From the NCBI GenBank assembly GCA_003154195.1, contig PMCS01000018.1, forward strand, positions 44,773 to 108,772: a DNA stretch of 64,000 nucleotides, written 5' to 3'. A model generated the notes under the pieces. The model was not told the origin of the DNA. It saw nothing but the letters and a program-made list of their open reading frames with translations, and did no database searches. Positions 36,141 through 46,217 of this stretch are shown here, piece after piece. The stretch's first letter is position 1, and each line of letters begins with the position of its first letter. A program made the position numbers and the translations under genes. The stretch comes from Candidatus Omnitrophota bacterium (GTDB lineage Bacteria > Omnitrophota > Gorgyraeia > Duberdicusellales > 4484-171).

Positions 36141-36263
36141 AAGAACCTACTCGGCTTCGGTAACCGTTAATCGGTTGCGTAGCTCGTTACGGTTATCGTC
36201 TATCGTGTTTTGCCGATAGCCGAATAACGATTAACGATTCGAGTTACGCAACCCTTTAACGCT

Positions 36264-36830
36264 TTACGCTTTATCTCTATCCCAGTGTATCGAATGAACG
36301 ATCAAGTTATCGCCCGCTAAAAATGTATTTTTATCCAACTCGCTATCGGCCTTAACTAGTTTTACCGCGCTATAGGGACAAGTCTTTATGCACAGCGGTT
36401 CGTCTTTTTCATTTCTCCGGTCAAGACAAAAGTCGCAGGCGTGGATTAAAAACGGGACACTCTCCGGATAAATCGTGCCGTAGGGGCAGGCGTGCGAACA
36501 TGATTTACAGCTGACGCAGCGCATATTATGGCGAATCAGTAATTTGTTTTTATCTTTTTGCTGTTCAAGAGCTTCCCGGGGGCACGCCGCGACGCAGTGC
36601 GGTTCTTCGCAGCGGCGGCAAACCAGAAAATACGTTGCCAGCTCTCTGATAGAAGTAATGCCGTTATTGCCCTGGTTTTGACGGTGATATAAATAACTGC
36701 ATTTTATCACGCATTCTTTACAGAGGCTGCCGGAACAGATATCGAGATCGACATAGAGCCGCACGTCGTTTCCTTTCTGCGGGGTTACGTTGGTTTTTCC
36801 TTCGTGTATTTGCTGCGCGCTATTATCCAT
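36264..36830 (-). CDS. 4Fe-4S dicluster electron-transfer subunit (HycB/DmsB-like)
   Basis: CRRCEEPHCVAACP, CVSCKSCSHACP, CDFC...P.C..TCP. Confidence 0.85.
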   Translation of the reverse strand: MDNSAQQIHEGKTNVTPQKGNDVRLYVDLDICSGSLCKECVIKCSYLYHRQNQGNNGITSIRELATYFLVCRRCEEPHCVAACPREALEQQKDKNKLLIRHNMRCVSCKSCSHACPYGTIYPESVPFLIHACDFCLDRRNEKDEPLCIKTCPYSAVKLVKADSELDKNTFLAGDNLIVHSIHWDRDKA

Positions 36831-36986
36831 AATTTTTTGCTCCGCAAAAAATTATCCGCATCCCCTTAGGGATGAGGAGAGACATTAAAATTGTTATTGA
36901 ACTTTTTTTCAGTTTTCGTTTTCTGCAAATCCGCTCGTAGGCGGATTTATTTCTAAAATGATTATGCGGTTTACCGCATAATCATT

Positions 36987-37814
36987 TTAGTCCCAGAGCT
37001 CATGAAAATTCTTTATCTGGTTATAGGTAAACACCGGTCCGTCTTTGCAGCAATAGTATGTTCCCAGGCGGCAGTGGCCGCATTTGCCGATGCCGCAGGA
37101 CATATTTTTTTCCATCGAAAGATAAAGATTATCTTCCTTAAAACCGAGCCCCAGTAATTTCAGGGTTACAAATTTCATCATGATCGGCGGCCCGCAAACA
37201 ATAGCTATGCCGCCTGGGCAATCCATTTCCAAATTTTCTAAAATTGTCGTAACCAGGCCGACATTGCCCTGCCATCCTTCTTCGCTTTTATCGACCGTAA
37301 TTTTAAAATCCAGCGCGTGCTGTTTCGGCCATTCGCTGATCTCATTCTTATATACCAGTTCTCTGGGATTTTTACAGCCGCCGCGAAAAATAAGATTTTT
37401 CAATTCGCCGCGCATTTCAAAAAGAGTATACATCAGGCTTCGGATCGGGGCAAAACCGCAGCCGCCGCCTACGACCAGGACTTCCCGGTTTTTGAATTTA
37501 TCGGTAGGATAACCGTTGCCCAGGGGGCCGCGCACTCCGATAATATCGCCGGGTTTCAGCAAGTGGATTTTCGATGTTACCTTACCGACTTTCATCACCG
37601 TCACTTCCATGATTTCTTTTACCGACGGCCGCGAGGACGGCGTAAAAAACGCTTCTCCGGACCCGGGAATAGTAATCGCGACAAATTGGCCGGTGCGAAA
37701 TTCCATTAGTTCCTTAGGCCGGAAACGAATGGTTATAATCGTAGGCGTTTCCGGGATAACTTCAAGCACCTGCGCTTCGATCGGCCGATAAGGATTCTCT
37801 TCTTTGCTGGGCAT
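36987..37814 (-). CDS. FAD/NAD(P)-binding 2Fe-2S subunit (sulfhydrogenase gamma / AsrB-like)
   Basis: GQF, GEA, RGPLG.G, GGGCGFAPIRS, CGPPIMM, MSCGIGKCGHC...CKDGPVF. Confidence 0.9.
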   Translation of the reverse strand: MPSKEENPYRPIEAQVLEVIPETPTIITIRFRPKELMEFRTGQFVAITIPGSGEAFFTPSSRPSVKEIMEVTVMKVGKVTSKIHLLKPGDIIGVRGPLGNGYPTDKFKNREVLVVGGGCGFAPIRSLMYTLFEMRGELKNLIFRGGCKNPRELVYKNEISEWPKQHALDFKITVDKSEEGWQGNVGLVTTILENLEMDCPGGIAIVCGPPIMMKFVTLKLLGLGFKEDNLYLSMEKNMSCGIGKCGHCRLGTYYCCKDGPVFTYNQIKNFHELWD

Positions 37815-37878
37815 CAGCGTTACTCCATCAAAACATTTTAAATTTAAGAATAAAAAAAGGTAATCAGAAACCAAAACT

Positions 37879-37982
37879 TTTGTCCACAGATTTCACTGAT
37901 TTTCACAGAAACTATGGATCAAGGTAATGTTAAAAAGCGAAATTAAAAAATTAATCTGTAAAATCTGGGCAATCTGTGGACA
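37879..37982. repeat. intergenic inverted repeat, CCACAGAT...ATCTGTGG family
   Basis: tgtccacagattt ... aatctgtggaca; close relative at 43942..44076. Confidence 0.75.
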
Positions 37983-38000
37983 GGGTTTATTGCTTTAACG

Positions 38001-39029
38001 TTATACTGTTAAATCCACCAGTTTCCTTAATATTCTACGTATATCTATTTTCGCCGGGCAGGCCGAAATACAGCGGCCGCAGCCGGTGCAGGCGTAAACG
38101 CCGGCAACCTTGGGAAAATAATCAAACTTTTTCTCAAACCGGTTGCGCAGCCGCATCCATAACTTTTTACGCGGGTTAGCGCCGCCGGCGACCCGGGCAA
38201 AGTCCTTTATCAGGCATGAATCCCAGATGCGTAAACGATCCATATTCTTTTCGTCTTTCTGGTCGTAAAGCAAAAAACAGTGGCAAGTCGGGCAAATCGT
38301 ATTGCAGGCGCCGCATTCGACGCAGGTCTTCGCTTCATCCTGCCATAACGAAGCGTCATAGTTTTTATCGATGATTTGTTTATACCGCGTTTGATCGGGT
38401 ATGCTGTTTTCTTCGATATTTTTTTCCACTTGTTTTATCATATTGCTTCTCAAGGTTTCTTTTTCTTTTAACAAGCTATCGCCGGCTTGGGATACCAGCG
38501 CGGAAAATTTATCCACGACGCCCTGTCCTTTCGTTGAACCGATTTCTAAAATAAAACCACCGGCAATCGGAGAAAGATTTAAATCATAATCTTCCTGGGG
38601 GTACGGTTTTATGCCTAACGCTAGACAGAAGCAGGTATCGATGGCGCAGGTGCAATCGCAGGATAATATCAGATTATCGCGCCGCGCTTTAAGATAAAAC
38701 GGGTCGGGATAATCATGGTTGCGGAAAACATGGTCTTGAACTTTGAAGCCTTTTAAATCGCAGGCTTTTACGCCGACGATGCAAAAAGGTTTTTTCCCAT
38801 CCTCGGGCATTTCCGGACGAAAATCGCGCGCGATGGTTTCCCGGGCGCGGGAAAAAAATGCCTTCATCGGTTCGAACGGCCGGACTTCGCCCAGGGTTAT
38901 ATTTTTATCTAAACTGCGATAAGGCTGGTAATAACGCTGGCGGCCTTTTTTTACGGGGGCATAAACTAAAAAATCGTCCCCCAGTTTATCGAGCATTTTG
39001 TATAAATTATTCGTAGCTATATATAGCAC
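38001..39029 (-). CDS. 4Fe-4S subunit (sulfhydrogenase beta / AsrA-like)
   Basis: GVKACD, D.FY..R, CFC, CVECGACNTICPTCHCF, R.WDSC, CTGCGRCISACP. Confidence 0.9.
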   Translation of the reverse strand: MLYIATNNLYKMLDKLGDDFLVYAPVKKGRQRYYQPYRSLDKNITLGEVRPFEPMKAFFSRARETIARDFRPEMPEDGKKPFCIVGVKACDLKGFKVQDHVFRNHDYPDPFYLKARRDNLILSCDCTCAIDTCFCLALGIKPYPQEDYDLNLSPIAGGFILEIGSTKGQGVVDKFSALVSQAGDSLLKEKETLRSNMIKQVEKNIEENSIPDQTRYKQIIDKNYDASLWQDEAKTCVECGACNTICPTCHCFLLYDQKDEKNMDRLRIWDSCLIKDFARVAGGANPRKKLWMRLRNRFEKKFDYFPKVAGVYACTGCGRCISACPAKIDIRRILRKLVDLTV

Positions 39030-39040
39030 GATTTTCCTGT

Positions 39041-39709
39041 TTATACCCCGTCAGGTTGCGCGGAGGCGGTTAATTGTCCGACGACTCCGGTTTTGATCAC
39101 CGCGTTGGCAAAATAAATCGTATTTTCCAATTCCAATACCAGGTTTACGTTATTGATTACGACATTCTCGGGGCCATGCAAACGCATGGGCGCGAAATTT
39201 AATATTCCCTTTACACCGGCTTGGATCATGGTATCGGCAATTTGCTGGGCGGCAAAGTCGGGAACCGCGATGACCCCGATTTTAATCTGGTTCTGGCGGA
39301 TGAAATTTTCCATTTCGGCGATGGGAAAAACCGGTATTTCTCCGGCCGCGTTTTGCTTTACGGTATTGATGTCAAATCCCGCGATAATTTTAATACTTTC
39401 TTTTTCGAAACCTTTATAATTCAGCAGAGCGGTTCCGATATTACCGATGCCGGCTACAACGACTTTATGGATTTCATCTTTTCCTAATAGCCTATTTAGA
39501 TTATTGATAAGGTCGTCGATTTGATAGCCGCCCTTGCGGGTTCCGGAAATGCCGAATTGAGAAAAGTCTTTACGTACCTGTGTCGCGGTAACCCCCACGG
39601 CATCGGCTAAATTATCGGAAAAGATTTTAACAAATCCCAAAGATTTAAGCCGGTATAGAGCATTTTTGTACCGCGATAGGCGAATTACACAATTTTTGTT
39701 GGTTTTCAT
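39041..39709 (-). CDS. rex: redox-sensing transcriptional repressor Rex
   Basis: RLSRY, QVRKDFS.FG.SG...GY, GIGNIG.AL..Y, GILNFAP. Confidence 0.95.
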   Translation of the reverse strand: MKTNKNCVIRLSRYKNALYRLKSLGFVKIFSDNLADAVGVTATQVRKDFSQFGISGTRKGGYQIDDLINNLNRLLGKDEIHKVVVAGIGNIGTALLNYKGFEKESIKIIAGFDINTVKQNAAGEIPVFPIAEMENFIRQNQIKIGVIAVPDFAAQQIADTMIQAGVKGILNFAPMRLHGPENVVINNVNLVLELENTIYFANAVIKTGVVGQLTASAQPDGV

Positions 39710-39721
39710 TGTGGGTATTAT

Positions 39722-39802
39722 ATGTTCTTTTTTTCACAACATTGGATAAAGTATACTACATGATTATGCGTAGTCAAGCATTTTTTGTGATTTTTATCAC
39801 AT
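39722..39802 (-). promoter_or_regulatory. operon promoter flanked by Rex-box-like sites
   Basis: TTGACT-N16-TATACT (39777..39750); TTGTGATTTTTATCACAT at 39785..39802; weaker site TTGTGAAAAAAAGAACAT at 39722..39739. Confidence 0.7.
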
Positions 39803-40858
39803 CGAAACTAGTATTTCCTGTGCTTTTTTGAAAACTTCCTGGGGGGTAATCGCGCTCAGGCAGAGAAATTCTTTTACGCAGTTGTGGGCGAGGCAATTCC
39901 GGCAGCCGACATCTTTATGGAGATAAAACGACCGTATGCCGACTGGTTTCCAGCGGGTCGGCGAAATCCCCGGGTTCTTACGGCTGAAAATAGCGATTAC
40001 CGGAGTTTCCATCGCCGCGGCGATATGCGCCGGGCCTGAGTCGTTAGAAATTAAAAGAGCGCCGCGTTTCATCAGGGCGCCGGTTTCCGCCAGGCTTAAG
40101 CGGCCGCGCAAGTCAATCACGCCACACTCGCTTACTAAACGTTCAGCCAAATTTTTATCTTCCGCCGCGCTGATAACCGCTATTTTGTATTTAGTATCTT
40201 TTTGTAACAATCTGATTAATTGTAAAAAATAGTTTTGCGGCCAACGTCGCGAGGGACAAGAAGCGCAAGGATGGATGATGATTATTTTTTCTTGAGGCGC
40301 GACGCCTTTTTCTTCCAGTACGGCATTTACCTTATTAATTGAATCTTCCCTGATGGGGAAAAAAATATTTTTGTCTTTGATGGGTATGTTTAAGGCCCGT
40401 AATAAATCCAGCGTGTATTCGATTTCGTGTTTTACCCCTTCCTGTTTTAGGTGAGGGATTTTTTTTGTAAGGAGCCAGCCGTTTTTTTTATCCCAACCGA
40501 TCCGCTGAGGTATGCCGGCCAGGAAGGAGATGATATGAACGCGGTTGGTAGGATGCAGGATGATCACCCAATCGAATTTCTTTTTGCGTAAATAAAACGA
40601 GAATAAAAAGGAATGGAATAAACTATTTTGTTTTTTATCTTTGTCGTAGAGCACTACTTCATTTAAATCGGGATTAGCCTCAAAGATATCTTTAGCATAA
40701 GGCCGGCACATAAATGCGACATACGCTTTTGGATAGGCCAGGCGTATATTTTTGATAACCGGCGTGGAAAGAATCGCGTCGCCGATCCGGTCGGTGCGGA
40801 CGATCAGGATACGTTTGGGGTCTTTTTTTGGGTTTATTTTAAAATTATCATTTAGCAT
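39797..40858 (-). CDS. GT9 LPS heptosyltransferase (WaaF-like)
   Basis: RTDRIGDAIL.TP, RRWP, SNDSGPAHIAAA. Confidence 0.9.
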   Translation of the reverse strand: MLNDNFKINPKKDPKRILIVRTDRIGDAILSTPVIKNIRLAYPKAYVAFMCRPYAKDIFEANPDLNEVVLYDKDKKQNSLFHSFLFSFYLRKKKFDWVIILHPTNRVHIISFLAGIPQRIGWDKKNGWLLTKKIPHLKQEGVKHEIEYTLDLLRALNIPIKDKNIFFPIREDSINKVNAVLEEKGVAPQEKIIIIHPCASCPSRRWPQNYFLQLIRLLQKDTKYKIAVISAAEDKNLAERLVSECGVIDLRGRLSLAETGALMKRGALLISNDSGPAHIAAAMETPVIAIFSRKNPGISPTRWKPVGIRSFYLHKDVGCRNCLAHNCVKEFLCLSAITPQEVFKKAQEILVSM

Positions 40859-40922
40859 TGGACATTTATCATTTTTTAAAAATTTAAAATGTGTAATGGT
40901 CAATGAACAATTTAAAATGAAA

Positions 40923-41849
40923 TTACATTAAAATGTTTTCCACGGCGGTGGCAACAAGTTCGGCGTCTATTTTCATGCAGACATTATTATAACCGCAGGA
41001 CATCATATCGCACGGCGCGATGGGGCAATCGCGATTGGTCAAAACTACCGATTTATCTGAGCTGGGACGGCTTCGTTCCGGCGGGGTCGGGCCAAATAAC
41101 GCTACGCAGGACGTGCCCAGGTAAGACGCCAGGTGCAAAATGCCGGAGTCAACCCCTACCAGGGCCATTGCGTATCGCGAAATGAGATGGGGTAATTCCC
41201 ACATCTGCGTTTTACCTACTAAATCGATAACGTTACCTATCGAAAGAATATCTTTATAGAAATCCCGCTCGCTATTTTTCCCTAATATGACAAGGGGATA
41301 TTTTTTATTCATCCGGCTGACCAGCGCTTTTATCGATTCGTAAGGATATTGTTTTAACGACGAAAGCGATGTGCCGGCGATAAAGATTGCTTGCGGTAAT
41401 TTTAATGCGTCGAGCCTGCTCTCTTCTTCTTTTGTAAGGATGAATTTACCAGGCAAAGAGCTTTGCCGGCCGGGGACACATTCCTGGGCAAGTTTTAAAT
41501 ATTTATCTTTCAGGTGCATATTTTTCGGGTACTTATTACGCCGGAAAGGCGTCCGGTTTTTACAATTGATCAGCGCCGGAATCGCCGTATTCTTAAAATC
41601 GACGGCGACCTCATATTTTCCCCATAATGACAGGACAAATTTAATTTTTTTTCCGATGCCGGCGCGCTTATCGAATAGAATTGTTTTGTCTACATGGCTA
41701 TGGCGGGAAAGCATATCCTTTGTCGCCTGGGACGCAATCGCCGTTATTTTATCACCGGGGCAATTCACCTTAATAAAATCGAGCGCCGGCAGCGCCATAA
41801 ACACATCGCCGAGGTTAGTGGGAAAATTGATCAAAATTCTTTTATCCAT
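40923..41849 (-). CDS. GT9 glycosyltransferase
   Basis: LGDV.M.LP, DSGILHLAS, LFGPT. Confidence 0.88.
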   Translation of the reverse strand: MDKRILINFPTNLGDVFMALPALDFIKVNCPGDKITAIASQATKDMLSRHSHVDKTILFDKRAGIGKKIKFVLSLWGKYEVAVDFKNTAIPALINCKNRTPFRRNKYPKNMHLKDKYLKLAQECVPGRQSSLPGKFILTKEEESRLDALKLPQAIFIAGTSLSSLKQYPYESIKALVSRMNKKYPLVILGKNSERDFYKDILSIGNVIDLVGKTQMWELPHLISRYAMALVGVDSGILHLASYLGTSCVALFGPTPPERSRPSSDKSVVLTNRDCPIAPCDMMSCGYNNVCMKIDAELVATAVENILM

Positions 41850-41928
41850 AAATTCGGCCTAAATAACATTTCGGCGCGTGGCCGAATTTATCCGTGATAA
41901 TCAGTGTTAATCAGTGGCTGAAACACTT

Positions 41929-42954
41929 TTATTGTTGCGGTGATTTTTTCGCCGCCAATATTTTTTTTGTTTCCGCCAGCACTTCCTCCACCGTAATTTT
42001 TTTCATGCATAGGTTATCCGCGCAATTTGTTTTATAGCACGGGATTTTGCAGCCAACGCTCGAGTTTATTATTTTTACCGCTTGGCCCCGGGGGCCGGTT
42101 AATTCTTTCGCAGTAGGCCCGAATAAGACAAGGGTATTAATACCCATGGCAGCAGCTAAATGGGCCGGTCCGGAATCATTAGAGATAAAAATGTCGCAGC
42201 CGCTGATTATAGCGGCTAAGTCTCTTAAAGTTGTCTTACCGCATAAATCATAGGGTTTCATGCGTATACCGGACTTGACTTCCTCGATGAGTTTGCGTTC
42301 TTTTTCCTCGCCGATGAGGACAATCCCGCAATTTGTTTCCTTCACAAGAGTATCGGCTAATTTTGAAAAGTTTTCCGCCGGCCAGCGTTTTAAATCCCAA
42401 TTGGCTGAAGGGTTGAGCCCTACGATAAAAGCATTGCGCTTACGCGTTTCGCCAAAAAAATCAGCGTATTTTTTTTGCTCGTCGGCAGTGATAAAAACTT
42501 CGCCGGATTTATCCGTTACAGGTATGCCGTATTTTTCAAAAAGGCCAAGGTAGTAATCTTGCCGGTGAATATTTTCTGCCGGCGGATCGATCCGGTTGGT
42601 CAGCAGCAAGAAGTTTTTGCTCCGGTTGTAGCCGACGCGCGTTTTTATCTCGGCGAGAAAACAAAGAAAAGCACGGGTCCATGAGCGATGGATTAAAAAT
42701 ACGGTATCGAATTTCTTTTTCTTAAGGGTAAGGATTAATTTTATCTTAGCGAACAGACTCCGGCCGTTATCTCGCTCGTCAAAAGTAATTATATCATCGA
42801 TAAAGGGGTTATTCTGGAAAACTTCCCGCGTGCGTTCCGGAGTCATCACCGCTGCATAAGAATCCGGATATTTATTTTTAAGCGCGCGAAACGCCGGGGT
42901 GGCCATAACGCAATCCCCCAGCCAATTGGGCGTGACGACTAATATTCTGTTCAT
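41929..42954 (-). CDS. waaF: LPS heptosyltransferase II
   Basis: PNWLGD.VMA.P, KRWP, SNDSGPAHLAAA, LFGPT. Confidence 0.85.
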   Translation of the reverse strand: MNRILVVTPNWLGDCVMATPAFRALKNKYPDSYAAVMTPERTREVFQNNPFIDDIITFDERDNGRSLFAKIKLILTLKKKKFDTVFLIHRSWTRAFLCFLAEIKTRVGYNRSKNFLLLTNRIDPPAENIHRQDYYLGLFEKYGIPVTDKSGEVFITADEQKKYADFFGETRKRNAFIVGLNPSANWDLKRWPAENFSKLADTLVKETNCGIVLIGEEKERKLIEEVKSGIRMKPYDLCGKTTLRDLAAIISGCDIFISNDSGPAHLAAAMGINTLVLFGPTAKELTGPRGQAVKIINSSVGCKIPCYKTNCADNLCMKKITVEEVLAETKKILAAKKSPQQ

Positions 42955-43047
42955 TTTTATTTAGGGTAACTGGGCTGCCTCAGGGTGAAGCTCCAAGGGA
43001 GCGGAACCCTGAATAACAAGAGGCCAGCGCCGTTAGGCGGTGGAGCT

Positions 43048-43233
43048 TCACCAACCGATTTTTTTTAACCGCTGCCATATTGCTTTATTTTGCGCCGGCA
43101 CGGCTTTTACAAAAAAAGCGTTAAGCCGCTCCAAAGAATTGAGTTTTTCCTTGGCCGGCAGAGCCATATAATTCTTTAAATCATCAAGATTATAATAATC
43201 ATCTGCGTTTTTTTCTTTCTTTTTCGCTTTCAT
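43048..43233 (-). CDS. small hypothetical protein, partner of the nucleotidyltransferase
   Basis: Overlaps the 3' end of 43199..43720; 'Y..L...EKL..LE' helical pattern. Confidence 0.55.
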   Translation of the reverse strand: MKAKKKEKNADDYYNLDDLKNYMALPAKEKLNSLERLNAFFVKAVPAQNKAIWQRLKKIGW

Positions 43234-43720
43234 TCTTTAGCTCCCGTATTTTCATTAAAGCTTTAATGTCAATCTTGTCTCTTTCCCGGCCGGCTTTTTT
43301 CTTTAAAACAATTAAATCATTTATTGAGATAAGCGGTATTTTTATCTTGTCGGCGCAGACTTCTTGCCGCCGCTTATAGGCTTGATCGAAGTCAATATAT
43401 TTAACTACCATAATATCAATGTGTTCTATCGGATCGGCGGGATTGTAAAGCGAAAATACCTTCATGTGTTTTTCTTTTACCCACTTTTGCCTTTTGGCGA
43501 CATCGGCTAATTCTTCAATTTTAACAGGCACCCCGGGCTTTAAGCCCAAGGCTTTTGCCATTGTTATGAATTTATTCAGGTTGGTTTTATTAAAAAAAAG
43601 TATAATATCTAAATCGCCGGTTGCTCGATAAAATCCATGAAGGTTTACCGCAACCCCGCCGATAACGAGATATTTAATTTTTTTATTTGCCAATTCTCTG
43701 AATATCCGCTCAAAAATCAT
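43199..43720 (-). CDS. minimal nucleotidyltransferase-family protein (DUF6036-like)
   Basis: YLVIGGVAV..HG..R.T.DLD, LI.LK..AGR..D..DI. Confidence 0.8.
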   Translation of the reverse strand: MIFERIFRELANKKIKYLVIGGVAVNLHGFYRATGDLDIILFFNKTNLNKFITMAKALGLKPGVPVKIEELADVAKRQKWVKEKHMKVFSLYNPADPIEHIDIMVVKYIDFDQAYKRRQEVCADKIKIPLISINDLIVLKKKAGRERDKIDIKALMKIRELKNESEKERKKRR

Positions 43721-43941
43721 ATTTATATTTTACCACGAATGACACCGTGTTTCACGAAGAAAAATTGAACCTAAAAGTGTAGGGAAAAATTGGGCGCAGA
43801 TTTGTTGGATCGGCGAAGGTAAAACTAAAAAATTTCACCACCCGCTCGCCTTGCTCGCTCGAGAACACCGAGCGCACAGAGAAAATACTTTTATTCAGCC
43901 ACCGACTGTTATGGATAAAACTGGTTCTAAAAGATAATATA

Positions 43942-44076
43942 GTCCACAGATTTCTCAGATTACTCTGATTAAAAGAATAAGACGATTAAAAAATAAAAAA
44001 TTTGATGTTCATGTTTTAAAATATTCTAAATAAATTTTTTTCTTATAATCTGTAAAATCTGAGCAATCTGTGGACA
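43942..44076. repeat. intergenic inverted repeat, CCACAGAT...ATCTGTGG family
   Basis: gtccacagatttctcagatt ... aatctgagcaatctgtggac. Confidence 0.75.
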
Positions 44077-44143
44077 AAAGTAGTTTGATTTATTTCTGTT
44101 GTGATTTTTGGTCTGTAGCCTGCGGTCTGACGCCTGAAGTCTA

Positions 44144-44923
44144 CTAGTAGGGTTTTTTTGGTTTCTTAAAAAAATTATAAATCCCGCTCAGCTTTACCCA
44201 TAAACTGACACCCCGGTCGTCATTGGTTATTTTAATCCTCCGGAGGGCAAAGCGGTCGATATTTTCCGAGAATCCGCGGTTGGTGGTACAGGCGCATAGG
44301 TAATCGGCGCTCCTCACTTCCTTCAGCGTATGTTCGTTAAAACCGCCCACAGGATAGGAGATAGTTTCAACAGGCGTTTTGAATAGTTCCTCCAGGCTTT
44401 TTTTGGAATCGAAAATTTCCCGGCGCAGGATAGTGCTGTTTAAATCAGGTAAATACGCGTGCGTCAGGGTATGGGAGCCGACGGTTACTTTCGTATTTTT
44501 CAGGAGCCAATTAATGTTGTTTTTGGTTAAGTAATTGGGAGAGCCGATTTCGTCGACCACTACAAATATTGTAGCGGGATAATCGAATTTTTTTAAAATC
44601 TCTATGGCTTTTAGGTTATCGCGGTAACCGTCGTCGAAGGTTATAATCGCGATATTTTTCGGTATCGGTTTTTTGTCTTTGAGCATCCGGCAGTAATCGT
44701 CGAGGGGTATAACTTTGTAATTTTTATCTTTCAGGAACTTCATTTGTTTATAAAATACCTGCGGTTTTACCGCGGCGTAATTGGTTACCATATTTTCATC
44801 CAGCGAATGATACATTAATATGGGAGGAGCATATGTCGAGTGCAGGTGAAAATAAAAATAACCAAACCAGACGACGAAAAGTATTAACGCTGATTTTATA
44901 AAGTTTTTTATAATTTTTTTCAT
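44144..44923 (-). CDS. polysaccharide deacetylase (CE4)
   Basis: ILMYH, ITFDDGY, GSHTLTH, SYP.G. Confidence 0.9.
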   Translation of the reverse strand: MKKIIKNFIKSALILFVVWFGYFYFHLHSTYAPPILMYHSLDENMVTNYAAVKPQVFYKQMKFLKDKNYKVIPLDDYCRMLKDKKPIPKNIAIITFDDGYRDNLKAIEILKKFDYPATIFVVVDEIGSPNYLTKNNINWLLKNTKVTVGSHTLTHAYLPDLNSTILRREIFDSKKSLEELFKTPVETISYPVGGFNEHTLKEVRSADYLCACTTNRGFSENIDRFALRRIKITNDDRGVSLWVKLSGIYNFFKKPKKPY

Positions 44924-44988
44924 AATGAAACTTCACCGAGCTCAAGCCCAGGGGGCGTAGAGCGAGGTGGTAGTTGAATTACCCAGCA

Positions 44989-46071
44989 CTAGCGAAGTGG
45001 TTCGAGAATCTCCTTATATACATTTTCCGCGCCGCGCGCCATTGCTTCAAGGGAAAACTTAAACGCGTCTTGATATCCCTGACGGGTCAGACCTTCGCGT
45101 AAATCTCTGTTCGCGATGAGTTCCTCTACCGCGTTTTTTAACGCGGGGGCCGTATATTCGTAAAACAGGAGGCCGTTTACCCGGTTTTTAATTATTTCCG
45201 CTATTCCGCCGACGTTAAATCCCACCACCGGGACTTTTTTAAAAAATGCTTCGACCACGGCATAGCCAAAGCCCTCTTTCCGGGAAGGCATTATCAATAC
45301 ATCAATTATATCTAAAAAATCGCCGGCGTCCAAGCAATAAAATGTTACAAAATCACGGCAATTTATTTTTTCGATAAATTTTTTCAGATTTTTTTCCAGC
45401 CGGCCCCTGCCGGCGACGATGAGATGGATATTAGGGTGTTCTACGGATAATTCTTTTATCGCGTCGAGCGCGAGGAAATGCCCTTTTTCTTCGGAAATAC
45501 GCCCCAGGATTCCGATGAGAAAATCGTTATCGCTGAACCCATAATCGGCCTTACGTTTATTTTTTACCGAGAAGTATTTTTCGTCGACGCCGTTGTAAAC
45601 AACGCGTATGTTTTCCGGGTCGAATTTCAAATCATTAACCAGATAGTTTTTTACCGCTTTGCTTACGGCGATCGAACGATTCCCGGCTAATTTAAACAAT
45701 TTTCGCGTCAGGCCGGGCTTAAAAAATCCATGGAACGCGCTTACGTAAGGAGTTTTATATATTTTGAAAATAAGCCAGGCGAGAAATTGCGTAACCCTGG
45801 TATTGGCGTGAACAATCTGAATTTTTTCTTGCTTCAGGAATCCCGCCAGGTAAAAAAATGATAAAAATACTTTAGGGCTTAAGATTGCTTTGGTTTTTAT
45901 CGGGATGAATTTATAACCGATGCCGTTTTTAGCTAATTCATCTAGCCATTCGCCCTTGTCGCTGCCGATCCAGACGGTATGCCCCAGAGATTTAAGTCCG
46001 CGCGCTAAATTAATTACATAGCGCGAGATTCCCCCCGTATTCAGATGAGTGGTCAGGATAAGAATGTTCAT
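44989..46071 (-). CDS. GT4 glycosyltransferase
   Basis: GG...Y, VYNGVD, GR.S.EKG, EGFG..VVEA. Confidence 0.9.
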   Translation of the reverse strand: MNILILTTHLNTGGISRYVINLARGLKSLGHTVWIGSDKGEWLDELAKNGIGYKFIPIKTKAILSPKVFLSFFYLAGFLKQEKIQIVHANTRVTQFLAWLIFKIYKTPYVSAFHGFFKPGLTRKLFKLAGNRSIAVSKAVKNYLVNDLKFDPENIRVVYNGVDEKYFSVKNKRKADYGFSDNDFLIGILGRISEEKGHFLALDAIKELSVEHPNIHLIVAGRGRLEKNLKKFIEKINCRDFVTFYCLDAGDFLDIIDVLIMPSRKEGFGYAVVEAFFKKVPVVGFNVGGIAEIIKNRVNGLLFYEYTAPALKNAVEELIANRDLREGLTRQGYQDAFKFSLEAMARGAENVYKEILEPLR

Positions 46072-46217
46072 TAGTTCTTCATAAATAAGGCTATCGGGAT
46101 ATCGGGGTATCAGGATTTGGATATTAGGGGACTGGGATATTAGGTATTTCCTAATACCCTAATCGCCTAATTCCCAAATCCTAATTTCCCGATTTACCAA
46201 TCCCCTTCTTTTAGAGC

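Noticed and set aside
26136-39029. Respiratory complex I or an [FeFe]-hydrogenase
   Set aside because: The NuoD-like subunit keeps all four Ni-ligating Cys plus a protease-cleaved tail, and hycI/hypA are present. No H-cluster motifs were seen in any ORF.
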